A stretch of 64,000 bases of DNA, taken from contig JABVCE010000016.1 in assembly GCA_014905635.1 (NCBI GenBank), positions 248,001 through 312,000 on the forward strand. The letters are read 5' to 3'. Each line of letters opens with the position of its first letter. Position 1 is the first letter of the stretch. The position numbers were made by a program, and so were the translations under genes. Positions 21,401-33,383 of this stretch are shown piece after piece. The stretch comes from Scenedesmus sp. PABB004. Lineage: Eukaryota. The notes under the pieces are model-generated. The model was given only the letters and a program-made list of their open reading frames with translations. It ran no database searches and was not told the origin of the DNA.

Positions 21401-24400
21401 ATGGCGTCGAAGGGCAAAGGACTGCGCGAGCAAGTGAGCAACCGGCGCCGGCGCGGCGCGGGGGAGGGCAGTGATGGCAGCGCTCGCCCATCGCGGCGCC
21501 CCCGCGCGCCCCCGCCGCGCCGCGCGCCGCCGGCGCGCGGTCGGCCGCATGCGCCGCTCACCCCGGATCGCGGTGGCGGCGCGCAGGACCTGAAGGCGCT
21601 GGTGGTGGAGCAGCTGAACCCGCTGTCGCCGGAGGTCATCAGCAGGCAGGCCACCATCAACATAGGTGCGCCCCCGCCGGCGCAGGCCGCGCCCAGGGGC
21701 AGGCAGGCCGGCGCGGCCGCCCACGCGCCGCCGCGCGCCGCCGCTGCGGGCGCGCGCGCCGGCGCGGCGCGGCGCCGGCGCGGCCAGCCGGCCGCGGGCG
21801 GCGGCCGCGCGCCGGCGCAAACGCGCGCACCCCCTGCAACCGCCAGGCACCATCGGGCACGTGGCGCACGGCAAGTCCACGGTCGTGAAGGCCATCTCGG
21901 GCGTGCAGACGGTGCGCTTCAAGAATGAGCTGGAGCGCAACATCACCATCAAGCTCGGCTACGCCAACGCCAAGGCGCGCGCCAGCGGGCTCGCCGGCTT
22001 GCCGGCGGCCGGGCGTCGGCAGCGGGCGCGACGCAGCGCGGCGCGCCGCCGCGCCGAGCAGCCGCGCCGAGCAGCAGCCGCGGCCGCGCTCCTCCCCACC
22101 GCGCACACAGATCTACAAGTGCCCGTCCTGCGAGCGCCCGACCTGCTACAAGGCGTACGGCAGCAGCAAGGAGGACGCGCCGCCGTGCGAGCAGTGCGGC
22201 ACGCCGATGCTGCTGATCCGGTGCGCCCCTCGCCGCGCCGCGCCGCGCCGCTGACGCCTCGCTGGCCCTCGCCGCGCCGCGCCGGGCGCGCGCGCGGGCC
22301 CCCGCCCCGCCGCCGCTGACGCCGCTGCGCCCCGCCGCGCAGGCACGTGTCGTTTGTCGACTGCCCGGGGCACGACATTCTCATGGCCACGATGCTGAAC
22401 GGCGCGGCGGTCATGGACGGCGCGCTGCTGCTCATCGCCGCCAACGAGTCCTGCCCGCAGCCGCAGGCGCGCCGCAGCGCAGCACGCGCGCCCGCGCGCT
22501 CCCTCCCTCCACTCCCTCTCTCCCTCTCTCCCTCTCTCCCTCTCTCCCTCTCTCCCTCTCTCCCTCTCTCCCTCTCTCCCTCTCTCCCTCTCTCCCTCTC
22601 TCCCTCTCTCCCTCTCTCCCTCTCTCCCTCTCCCTCTCTCCCTCTCTCCCCCTCCCCGTTCTCTCTCCTCCCTCACTCCTCCCGTGCCGCGCCTCCCCGC
22701 TTCCCCGCCGCCGCGCCCGCGCCCGCTCCCCGCCGGCAGACGTCGGAGCACCTCGCCGCGGTCGAGATCATGCGCCTCGCCGACATCATCATCCTTCAGA
22801 ACAAGATTGACCTCGTCACAGAGTCGGCCGCGACCGCGCAGGCAGAGGCGATCCACAAGTTCATCCAGGGCACCATCGCGGGTGCGGCCGCGGCGCGGGC
22901 CGCGCGGGCAGCCGGCGGCGGCGGCGGCGGCGCGCGGCGGGGCCGCACGCGGCGGCAGCGGCCAGGGCGGCGGCAGCGGCCAGGGCGCGGCGGGCGCGGC
23001 GGCGGCGGCGGTGGCGGGCGCGGGGGCGCGCCGGGCGCTGCCAGCAGCCGCCTCCTCCCCCTCCGCGCTCGCTCACCCACCCCGCGCCCACCCCGCGCCC
23101 ACCCGCCCGCCCGCCCGCCCGCCCGCAGACGGCGCGCCGGTTGTGCCGATCAGCGCGCAGCTCAAGTACAACGTGGACGTGGTGTGCGAGTACGTCGAGA
23201 AGCGCATCCCCGTGCCCAAGCGCGACTTTGTGTCGCCGCCGCAGATGATCGTCATCCGGTGCGGCACGACGCGACGGCACAGCAGCGGCGGCGGCGGCGG
23301 CGGCCGCGGCGGCGGCAGCAGCGGCGGCAGCAGCGGCGGCAGCGGCAGCAGCGGCAGCAGCGGTGGCGAGAGTGTTGTTGTTTTATCTTTGTGCTTCTTT
23401 GTGTGTCTTCCCTCAGGGCACGCCGCCGCGCCCCGGCCGCCGACACCCCGGCGGCCGACCGACCGCGCTGCCGCGCCGCCGCCGCCGCCCGGTGTGCGCA
23501 GGTCGTTTGACGTGAACAAGCCCGGCAGCGAGGTGGAGGAGCTCAAGGGCGGCGTCGCGGGCGGGTCGATCCTGCAGGGCGTGCTGAAGATGGGGCAGGA
23601 GATTGAGGCGCGCCGCCGCCCGCGCTCCCACGCACGCGCGCGCACGCCCCGCTCGCTCGCGCGCGCGCGCCTCAGCCGGCCCGCGAGCCCCGCCAACCCT
23701 GCGCCGCCCGCCCGCGTCGCCGCCGCGCCCGCGCATCCATCCAGGTGCGCCCGGGCATCATCACCAAGGACAGCGAGGGCCGCGTGAAGTGCATCCCCAT
23801 CTACTCCCGCATCGTCTCCCTCTTTGCGGAGCAGAACGAGCTGCAGTTTGCCGTCCCCGGCGGCCTCATCGGCGTGGGCCTGACCGTCGACCCGACGCTC
23901 ACGCGCGCCGACCGCCTCGTCGGCCAGGCGCGCCGCCGCCGCACGCCACCGCGCCGCCGCCGCCGCCCCGCTCTGCCCCACGCCACACCCGCGTTCACAC
24001 CAACACCAATACGCCCCCACACCACCCACCACCGCGCGCGCAGGTGCTGGGCGAGGTGGGCGCGCTGCCGGACGTGTACAGCGAGCTGGAGGTGAACTTC
24101 TTCCTTCTCCGCCGCCTCCTCGGCGTGCGCAGCAAAGAGGGCGAGAAGGCCGGCAAGGCGCGCTACGCACGCGCGCCGCGCGCTGCCGGGGCTCGCGCCG
24201 GCCTCGTCTCGCGCAGGGGCCGCCACCGCTGGCCGCCCGCGTCGCGCGCGCCGCTCACGCCCGCGCCCGGCCCGCCGCGCGCGCGCGGCCCGCGCCCCGC
24301 CCGGCAGGTGACCAAGCTGTCCAAGGGCGAGGTGCTGATGCTCAACATCGGCTCCATGTGCACCGGCGCGCGCGTGCTCGCGGGTGCGCCGCGCACCGCC

Positions 24401-24678
24401 GCAGGCCGCACAGCCCCGCCCTGCCCCGCCCCCGCGCGCCCGCGCGCGCGCCGCCGCCACGCGCCCGCGTCCGACCTGCGCCGCGTGCCCGCGCTCACAC
24501 TCCCCCCACGACGACCGCAGTGAAGCACGACCTCGCGAAGCTGCAGCTCACCAGCCCCGTGTGCACCAAGGAGGGCGAGAAGGTCGCGCTCTCGCGCCGC
24601 GTGGAGAAGCACTGGCGCCTCATCGGCTGGGGCCAGATCCAGAAGGGACTCAAGATGGACCTCCCGCCCCGCGCGTGA
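21401..24678 (+). CDS. EIF2S3: Translation initiation factor eIF2 gamma subunit, about 14 exons
   Basis: [59 protein letters not shown] and HWRLIGWG. Confidence 0.98.
22499..22655. repeat. Pure pyrimidine (CT-rich) satellite in an eIF2-gamma intron
   Basis: About 150 nt of CTCCCTCT-type units. Confidence 0.9.
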
Positions 24679-24964
24679 GCGCGCCGCCGCCGAGCGTGCG
24701 CGTGCCGCGGCGGCCGTCGTGTGCGCGGGCGCGGGCGCGGACGCGGGCGCCGCCCGGGCGGCGCCAGGGAGCGTGCGGGGGCGCGGGGCTGGCGGGGGGG
24801 GGGGGCGGGGACGAGAGAGTGCGCGCGTTGCCTGGCTGGCTGTGCCTGGCGGGCGGGCGGCAGCGTTGACCGCAGGCGCGGGGGCGCGGGCCGCCCTGCG
24901 ACTGCAGCTGCACGCAGCAACGTCGCCGACAGGGACCGGCGCCGTTACTAGCGCGCCCGCCGCG

Positions 24965-25033
24965 TCACTCGCCGCCGCCGCCCGCCGCGGCCGCCTTTTT
25001 CTTCTTCGGCCGCCGCTTGCGCTTCGGCCGCTG

Positions 25034-25076
<43 letters not shown>

Positions 25077-26460
25077 TCCGCGAGGCCGCCGCCGGCGTCG
25101 CCGCTGAAGAGGTCGTCGAACGGCCCCGACCGCTCAAACCAGGGCGCGTCGTCGGCCTCGTCCTCCTCCTCCTCGTCGACGGCGAAGAACGTCGCGGGGT
25201 CGTGCCGGCTCCACGCGACGCCGCCCGGCGCCGCCGCGGCGCTGGGCGCGTCGCCGCCGAGGCCGTCGAAGAAGCCGCCGCCGTCGCCGTCGCCCTCGCC
25301 CTCGCCGGCGCCCTCGCCGTCGTCGTCCTCCAGGTCCGACCAGCCGCCGGCGCCGGCCGCGCCGGCGCCGGCCGCCGCGGCGCCGCCGCGCGCCTCGGCC
25401 TCCGCCTCTGCGATGTATCGGTTGAAGTCGTCCCGCCCGATCGCGTCCTGGATCTGCGCGCCCCGCCGGCGCGGCCGCGCGCGTGCCGCGGTTGGCCGGG
25501 GCAGCGGCGCGCCTGCGGCGGCCGGCCGTACAAGCCACCGCCCGCCCAGCCCCCGCCGCGCCGCGCCGCGCTGCACACGCCGCGGGGGCGCGCGCCGCAC
25601 CTTTTCGAGCTCGTCGAGGCTGTCGTCGTGCTCGAAGCGCACCTCCGGCGTGAGCCGCAGCTTCACCGCGTCGCCGATGCGGGCGCGCACGTACGGCGCG
25701 ATGCGCTGCAGGTTGGCGATCGCGCGCGCCTTGCCCGCGGCGTCGCTGTAGACCGACACGTACGCCTTGACCACCTGGGCAACAGGGGGGCGCGGGGCGG
25801 CCAGGTCAGCTCCCCGCCAGCCGCCACGCCGGGGGGCGCTGCGCGGCGACCGACACCGCGCAGCGCCCGGCGGCAGGCGCGGTGCAGCAGGTGCGAACAG
25901 CGCCCGGCGGCAGGTGGTGCGGCGCCGCGCCTGCAGGTCGTTTGAGACGTAGACGCTCGTCACGCTCGCGACGGCGCTGAGCTTGTCGTCGAGCCCGCGC
26001 GCGCGCTCGGGGCAGATGGCCTCCTGCACCACGCGGTCGTAGATGAACATCTCGCTGATCTCACGCTGGATCTGGCTCGACACCTTGGCCACGCGCCGCG
26101 GGTGCGCCTGCGGACGCCACGCGGCGGCGCGGCGGCGCGGCGCTCGCTCCGCGTGGCGCGCTCGCCGGCGGCGCCCGGCGCCCACGCGGCCCCCGCGAGC
26201 CGGCTGCAGGCGTGGCTGCGCGCCGGCCGCGACGCCTGGGCGCGAGCGCGGGGCGCGACCGCCGCCGCGGCGCCGGCCGGCGGCCGCCGCTGCCGCCGCT
26301 GCCACACGCGCCGCCGCACCTGGCACACCAGCGCCTCACGCCGCCGGACGGCCGCGCCGCTCTGACCGAACGCAGGCGCCAGGGCGTGCGGGACCGCCGC
26401 GGGCGCGGCGCGCGCGCCGGCGTGGCGGGCCGGCGCATGCGCGAGGCCGCCGCGCAGCAT
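24965..26460 (-). CDS. RBFA: Ribosome-binding factor A, probably plastid-targeted, with an acidic/poly-Q C-terminal extension
   Basis: RRVAKVSSQIQREISEM, VTSVYVSNDLQ|VVKAYVSVY and LRLTPEVRFEHDDSL, with a transit-peptide-like N-terminus. Confidence 0.9.
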
Positions 26461-26851
26461 GGCGGGCCGCTGCGATGGCGGTGTGCCGCGGAACGGCGTC
26501 TCGGCACTTGAGTGCACGCTCCTGGGCCCAGCGGGCGCGCGTCGCGGCCGCCCGCGCGAAGCTGGCTCGCGGCGCGGCGTGCGGGGATCCTGGCAGGCGC
26601 GGGCCGGGTCGGGGGGTGCCTGGACGGCTACCGCGCCTGCCGCGACGCGCGTGCGATGCGTGCGGTACCGGGGAAGCGCAGGAGGCGCGGGTTCAAACTC
26701 GGCCCGCGCCGCAGCTGCGCCGCGCGTCGCGGCCAGGCCGCCCAGCGACGCCCCGGCGCGTCCACAGCTCGCGCGCCGCCTCCCCGCCCCTGACCCTGCA
26801 TCCCCGCAGCCCGCGTCGCTTCGCCTCGCCCTCCGCTGCTGATCGCGCGCC

Positions 26852-27316
26852 ATGGCCTTCCTGCTCAGCCGCAACGGCGTGCTGCTGGGCCGCACGCTCG
26901 CCTCGGGCGGCGTGGCGCGCCGCGTGGGCACGCTGGCGCCGCCCGTGGGCGCGGCGAAGGCCAAGGAGGCCAGCGCCACGGTGGGCAAGGCCGTGCTGGC
27001 CAAGCGCCTGGCCGAGGAGCGCCCCAACCTGAGCGTCAAGGAGGCCACCGACATCATCGACGCCCTGCTGGACGACATCATGCTCTCCGTGGCCGAGGGC
27101 AACGCCGTGACCATCCCGGGCTTCGGTTCCTTCAAAAAGCGCACCCGCGCGGCGCGCAAGGGCCGCAACCCCAAGACGGGCGAGGAGATCTCCATCCCCG
27201 CCACCGACTCGCCCGCCTTCAGCGCCGGCACGGTCTTCAAGGGCGTCGTGAAGTCGGGGTCCTGGGAGGCGTTCGAGGCGGCCGCCGCGGCAGCCAAGGC
27301 CGCCAAGAAGAAGTGA
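26852..27316 (+). CDS. HLP: HU/IHF-family histone-like DNA-binding protein, probably organellar nucleoid, intronless
   Basis: GNAVTIPGFGSFKKRTRAARKGRNPKTGEEISIPA is the HU signature. It has an N-terminal extension of about 40 aa. Confidence 0.93.
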   Translation: MAFLLSRNGVLLGRTLASGGVARRVGTLAPPVGAAKAKEASATVGKAVLAKRLAEERPNLSVKEATDIIDALLDDIMLSVAEGNAVTIPGFGSFKKRTRAARKGRNPKTGEEISIPATDSPAFSAGTVFKGVVKSGSWEAFEAAAAAAKAAKKK

Positions 27317-27559
27317 GGCGCCGTGCCCTGGAGGCGAACGCGCGCCGCCGCGGAGCGGCGGCGCCCCTGGACGGCGGCGCGGGCGCTGCTGCCGCTGCTG
27401 CCGCTGCTGCGCGCCCGCCGCCGCCCGGGCGCCGCCGCGCGGCCGCCGCGGCGCGCGGGCCGCGCGCGCGCAGCAGGCGGTCCGGCCGCCCCGCCGCGCC
27501 TGGGCAGCGGCGTCGGCAGCTCGGCGCGAGGCGGCGGTTGGGGCGGTTGGCGCGCAGCA

Positions 27560-27660
27560 GAGCGCAGCGGCGCAGCGGAGCGCAGCGGAGCGCAGCGGAG
27601 CGCAGCGGAGCGCAGCGGAGCGCAGCGGAGCGCAGCGGAGCGCAGCGGAGCGCAGCGGCG
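27560..27660. repeat. Decamer tandem repeat (GCAGCGGAGC)n, about 9 copies
   Basis: Read directly, in the region between the convergent HU and lipase 3' ends. Confidence 0.92.
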
Positions 27661-28212
27661 CATCATATGAGCTGGACGCGGCAGCGGCGCGCGGCCGCTG
27701 CGGGCGGAGCGGGCGCGCGCGGACGGACGGGCGGCGCGGTGGGCCGCGCCGCCCGCCGCGCGCGGCCCGCAGGGCGGCGGCGCGGCGCCGGGGCGCGGCC
27801 GGGGGCAGCGCGCCCCGGCGCCGCGGGTGTGTCGTTGGGACTCGGGCGTGTGCACGGCGCGGCGCCCCCTTTTTTCGACAGCTCCTGCGGCCGCGGCGCG
27901 GCCCGGCGGCGCGCGCGGGGCGCAGCACTGCACATGGGCTCGCAGGACTGGCCGCCGAGGGACTAGCGTGTGCGGTCGGCACCGGCGGCGGGCGGGCGGG
28001 GTAACCGTTTGTTGAGCGCCACCCCGCGGCGGCGCAGCTCCAGCGCTGCGTGCCGCTGCCGCTGCAGCAGGCGCCGCCGACTAGAGAACAAACAAACAAG
28101 GAAGGTGAGGGGAAAAACTCAGTGCGTCGAGTTGGAGTTTGGTGCACCCAACTCACGTGATGATCTGTGCTTAGTGTTTTGCGCGTCCCGTCCCGCCCCG
28201 CGCCGCAGCTGC

Positions 28213-30327
28213 TCAGCCGCGCAGCGCGTCCTCGCTGAGCACGCCGAGCGGCAGCGGACCCGTGACGAGCTCCACCTTCTTGCCCGTGTCGGGCGCCTTG
28301 CTGCCGACGACGACCTTGGACCCCGGACCGCGGATCGGGTACTCGGGGTCTGCGTACGGGAACGCGCCGCAGAAGCTCACCGGCGCGGCCGCCTTCTCGG
28401 CCGCCGTGCCCCAGAGCTTGCACCGCCCGGCCGCCTCGGCGCCCGCAAACTTGCTGAACATGCAGGGGTAGCTGCAGATGTGGCTCGCGATGCCCCAGGG
28501 CAGCAGCTTGCACGCGTTCATTGTGTCCAGCTTCGCCCACGCCTCGGGCTGCACGGAGAAGGCGCCCGCGCCAAACGTGATGTCGCCGCCGACCTGGCGG
28601 GGCGGCGGGCGGAAGTGCGCGGGGCGCGGGTGCGGCGTCGGCGCGGCGCCGCCGCGGCCAGCCGCCCGCCCGGCGCCGCGCGCCGCCGGGCCGCACCTTC
28701 GTGTAGTTCCATGCCCGCACGCCGTCCACCGAGGTCCTGTTCACGGTCGAGCAGGCCATCATCTGGGGCGCGCAGGGCACCTGGGGCACAAAGTCGTAAG
28801 CAAAGGCGAGCCTGCAGGGCCGCGGCGGGCGGGCGGGTGCGTGCGGGGTGAGGAGTGAGGGTGTGTTCGTGTTGCAGTTTGGCGGGAAGGGGTCGGCGGC
28901 GGGGGCAGGAGGCTTGCGTCGGCGCGTTGCGGGCAGCGCGGGGCGCGCAGGGCGCGCGTCGGCGCACCGGCGGGCGTTGACGCGCGCGTTGAACGCATTG
29001 ACAAACTCAGGGTCGCCGACGTTTGGTGCCGCAAAGAGCAGCGCGTCGACGCGCACGGCGGGCTTTCCCGCGGCGGACAGGCCGTCGTCGAGGAACACCT
29101 GTGGCCAGTGGCGGGGCGGGGCGGGCAGGGCTGGCAGGTGAGCGAGCGAGCGAGCAAGCGTGCGCTCGCCCGGCGCCAGCGCCGGCCGCAGGCCGACACG
29201 CGCCGCCGCCACCGCGCGCCTGCGCCCGCCAGCTCAGCAGCGTCGCGAGCGCGGCGCCGAGGCTGTGGCCCGAGATGGCGACGTTGCGCACGCTGCCTTG
29301 CACGACCTCGCGCGCGAGCGCGGCCTCCAGCGCGGGCCACAGCAGGCGCGCGCCAAACATGAAGCCCTTGGACAGCTGGCCCGGGTAGGCCGGGTCGCGG
29401 CCCTGCTCGTAGCTCAGGTCTGGGAGCGGCGGGAGCGGCGGGAGCGGGAGGCGGGAGGGGAGGCGGGAGCGGCGGCGGGAGGCGGCGTCGGTGGCGTGCA
29501 CGTGCCCGGCCGCGCTGCGCGACCGCGGCGCGTCGGCCGCGGCGGCGGCGCGCACCGACGGCCCACTCGGTGGCGGTGCGCGTGCCGCGGATGATGACCG
29601 CCAGGCTGGCGCCGTCGTCGGACTTGATGATTCCATACATGGGGATTGGCCTGCCGTAGGGGGGCTGCGGCGGCGTGGAGATGATGTCGACCAGCGACCA
29701 GCCCTCGGGCACTACCCAGCGCTCCGTGAAGCCCTTGGTGCCCTCGCACGGCGCCCAGAGGAAGAGGTTGATGGCAGAGGTGATGTGCCAGTACATCGTG
29801 CCCCCTTCCTCAGCAAGCACCTCGGCCTCGCCGTCCCCAAACGACGCCGGCAGCGGCCGCCGGTCGGCGAGCGGCCGCGGGATGGGCCGGCCTGCGCGGC
29901 GGACGCGGCGGCGGCGGTCGTGGGGCGGCGGCGGGCGCGCCGAGCGCGCTGCGCAACGCGCGGCGTCTGCTGCAGCTGCGGCGGCTGCAGCTCGCGTCGC
30001 CGGCGCACCCTCGGCGTCGACCGTCTTGACCGGCGCCTGGTAGTGCACCGTGCAGCCGCCGGTCACGCGCTGCGTGAGTGCGTCGATCGCGTTGAGCGCC
30101 GTGCAGGTCAGGAGTCCCGGGCGGTGCATGGCGAAATCTCCGCAGATGGAGATGGGGCTGATCGTGATGGTGTGCTCGAGCAGCTGCGTGAGGCCGCCGC
30201 TGCAGCTCGCGTTGGCGCGCTGCCCGGTGTTGCGGATCAGGGCCGCCAGCTGGTCATACTGGCTCCACGCCGGCACCGCGCCAGCCACGAGCAGCAGCAG
30301 CGCCGCACGCTGCAGGCAGCGCATCAT
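28213..30327 (-). CDS. Secreted class-3 (fungal-type) lipase
   Basis: Signal peptide, IIRGTRTATEW, ISGHSLGAALATL nucleophile elbow, FAAPNVGD, DFVPQVP and the C-terminal His in SHICSY. Confidence 0.9.
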
Positions 30328-30787
30328 GGGGGGCCTGTGCTCCGGGCAGCGTCGGGCGGGCGCCGCCAGGCGGTGAGCTCTTCGTGGGCCTCGCCCTGAG
30401 CGGCGCGCAACGCTGGCGTGATCTGTTACTGCTATGAAGCTTCGGGAGCTGAACTAAGGCCATTCAGCGCGCCGCGCGGACGGTTGGCTCTCTCGCGCCA
30501 TTCGCCCTGGCCGCGCACCCGATTGCTGCCGCACGCCGCTCCGCAGGCCGCGCGCTGTGCTACAAGACACAAGACAATGCCGTGGGAGCTACGCGGAGCT
30601 CGGCGCGGCCGGACGGCAGAGTTGCAAAATTGCGGTGGCGGCCAACTGCCGGCGAGGTGGTGCGGTGTGCCCGGTCGGCGCGCGGGAGCTGCGTTGCGCG
30701 ACGAGTGCGGGTCGCGCGCCCGATCACGGTGCCGCCGGCGCGCGGCGCGCGTTCAACGCCGCCGCCACGGCGACCGCCGGCCAGGGC

Positions 30788-33349
30788 TCAGCGGCTGCCC
30801 GCCTCCGCGCCCACCGCGCCCCCTGCCTCCGCGCCCGCCGCCTCCGCGCCCGCCGCCTCCGCACCGGCCGCGGCCGTCGCGGCGGCGGCGGCGGCGAGCA
30901 GGCGGTCGAGCTCGGCCGCGAACGCGTCCCAGACCGCGCGGCTCTGCGCGGGGCCGGTGATGGTCTTGAGCTCGCGCGTGTCGCGGCCGCGCGCGTCGCG
31001 CTGGACGATGAGGATGCGCTGCGCCGTGGCGGCGTCCAGGGCAAAGGGAAACTGGTACAACGGCTTGACGCGCACCTGTCGCGCAGCCGCGGCGGGGGAG
31101 CCAGCGGCGGCGGCGGGCGCGTGAGCCGGGGGCGCGCGGCAGCAGCCGCGCTGGGCGGGCGGCGCGGCGGCGGGCGGCGCGGCAGCAGGCGGCGCGGCGT
31201 GCCCCCCGCCGCACCTGGCAGGGCCAGCCGCCGGGGACCTGCGCCGCGGGCAGCGGCCGCGCGTCGAGGTCGGGCGTGAAGACGCCGCGCAGCGCGAGGG
31301 CCTCCGCGTCCCACAGCAGCAGCGTCGCGCGCGCGGCCTCCTCGGGGCGGTCCGCGACGTCCACGTCCGCCTTGGTGCGCCCGACGAAGCAGAGCTGCGG
31401 CGGCGTGGGCGGGCGGGGTCGCGCGGCGCCGGGCGCGGCGGGCGCGGCGCGGTCGCGCGGCGAGCGCGGCGCGCGGCGCGGCGGGGGGCTGCGGCGGGCC
31501 ACCGCGCCGCGCGCACCTTGCGCACGCACTCGTCCGCCAGCTCGCTGGTGGGGACGTTGAAGCAGCGGCCGAGGCCGACGTCGCTCGGCCGCGGCGGGGG
31601 CGGGCCCGCCGCCGCGACGGCAGCCGCCACGGCGGCGGGGTCGGCCGCCGGCGGGCCGCCGCGCGGCTCGCGGCGCTCGCGGCTGCGCGCGCGCTCGTCT
31701 GCGCGGCTGTCGCGCCCGCGGCCGCGCTCCCGCTCCCGCTCTCGCTCCCGCTCCCGCTCTCGCTCCCGCTCGCGCTCCCGCTCGCGCTCGCGCTCCCGCT
31801 CGCGCTCGCGCTCCCGGTCGCGGCCGGACTGGCTGCGCTGCCACTCCCTGTCCCTGTCCCTGCCGCGGTCGCGCTCCCGGTCGTGGCGCCGCTCCTTCTT
31901 GCGCTCGTGGGAGCGGGAGCGCGGCCGGGCGCGGTCACAGTCGCGCTGGCGCTGACTGGAGCGCTCGCGGTCGCGCGGGCGGTCGCGGTCGCGCCGGTCG
32001 TCGCGGTCGCGCCGGCTGCCGCTGCTGCGCCAGCCCGGGCTCCTGCGCGCGCGCGGCGGGCGGGCAGGTGAGCTCAGGGTGTGGGGTGCAGCCCGGGCGG
32101 CGCTCGGCGGCGGCACCGCACCTGCGGCCGCCCCTCGCGCTCCGGCTGCGGCTGCGGCTCCTGCTGCGGCTGCGCCGCTGGTCGCGGCCTCCGCGACCGC
32201 GGCTGCCGCCGCTGGAGCTGCGGCTGCGGCTGCGCTCGCGCTCGCGCCTGCCGCCGTGGCGGTCCCTGCTGTGGCTGCGGCTCCTGCCGCCCGTCGCCTG
32301 GGCCGCGCCCGAACCGGGCCTGCGCGCTGGCGACGCCCGCGGCGTCTGCCGCGAGGACGGCCTGGCGGGGGGCTTGCCAGACGCCGGGCGCTCGCCGCCC
32401 GAGCCGGCGCCCGCCGACGCCGGCGGCCGCTTGCCCGTCGAGCCAGCCTGCGCAGCGCTGGCGGGCCGCCGCTGCGACGCCATCTGCTTGCCACGAGCCT
32501 GCTGGTCGTCGCTGCTGGTCCCGGAGCTGCTGCTGGTCCCGCTGCTGCTGGAGTCGCTGCCGCTCCCACTGCTGCTGCTGCCGCTCCCGCTGCTGCTGCC
32601 GCTGCCGCTGCTGCCGTCGCTGCCGCTGCTGCTGCTCGTCCCGCTGCTGCTGCTGCCGCTGCTGCTTGGCGACGCAGAGCGCCGCCGCTTGGCGGCGGGC
32701 TGCGCGCCCTGCGCAGCCGCCTCCTTGCGCTTGGCCGGGGCCCGGCCGCCCGTCGCCGCGGCGGCGCTGGCCGCCGCGCTGCCGGCGGCGGCTGGCCGGG
32801 CTGCGCCGCCAGAGCCGGGCCAGGGCGCTGCTGGCACTGGCTTGGGTCCTGCCTTGCGGGCCGAGGGCTGCGTGCCAGCCCCGCCAGCGGCCCCGGGCTG
32901 CGCCGCGGCCTCGGCCACCGCCGCCTGGCGCGCCGCCCAGGCGGCCAAGGGCTGCGCAGGGCAGAAGGCCGAGTCGCCCCACGCAGCGAAGCGCGCCGAC
33001 AACTCTGCCAAGCTGCGCGCCGTCGGTGCGTAGGTGGGCGCCGGCTGGCCCGCCAGGTCCCAGCGCACGACGTCCGGGCCCGCGCTCGCCCAGTGCGGGG
33101 GCACCGCACCCGCCGCGGCGCCCGCCGGCTGCAGCTTGCCGGCCGCAGGCGTGGCCGGCTGCGGCGTGGCAGCCGCCTGCGTGTGCTGCGCCACCCGCTT
33201 GCCCAGCTGCTCCGCCGCCAGCTCCACGCCTGCGCCCGGCGGGGGCGGCTGGCCAGCCTGTTTTTGCGCCGCCGGCTCAGCGGTTGCGGGCTTGGCAGCC
33301 GCTGCGGGCGCCGCCTCCTGCTGGGCTGCTGGCGTCTGGCTGGCGGCCA

Positions 33350-33383
<34 letters not shown>

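Noticed and set aside
26670..26715. GGTTCAAAC resembling a tRNA T-loop/B-box
   Set aside because: No pairing T-stem, acceptor stem or cloverleaf could be built.
26852..27316. HU gene as bacterial contamination or recent HGT
   Set aside because: It has a transit-like extension and host codon usage and sits among intron-rich genes. Nuclear-encoded plastid HU is established in green algae.
27560..27660. Tandem repeats here and at 18025-18131 or 50925-50985 as a CRISPR-like array
   Set aside because: Units are directly adjacent or separated by simple GC linkers, with no unique spacers and no cas genes.
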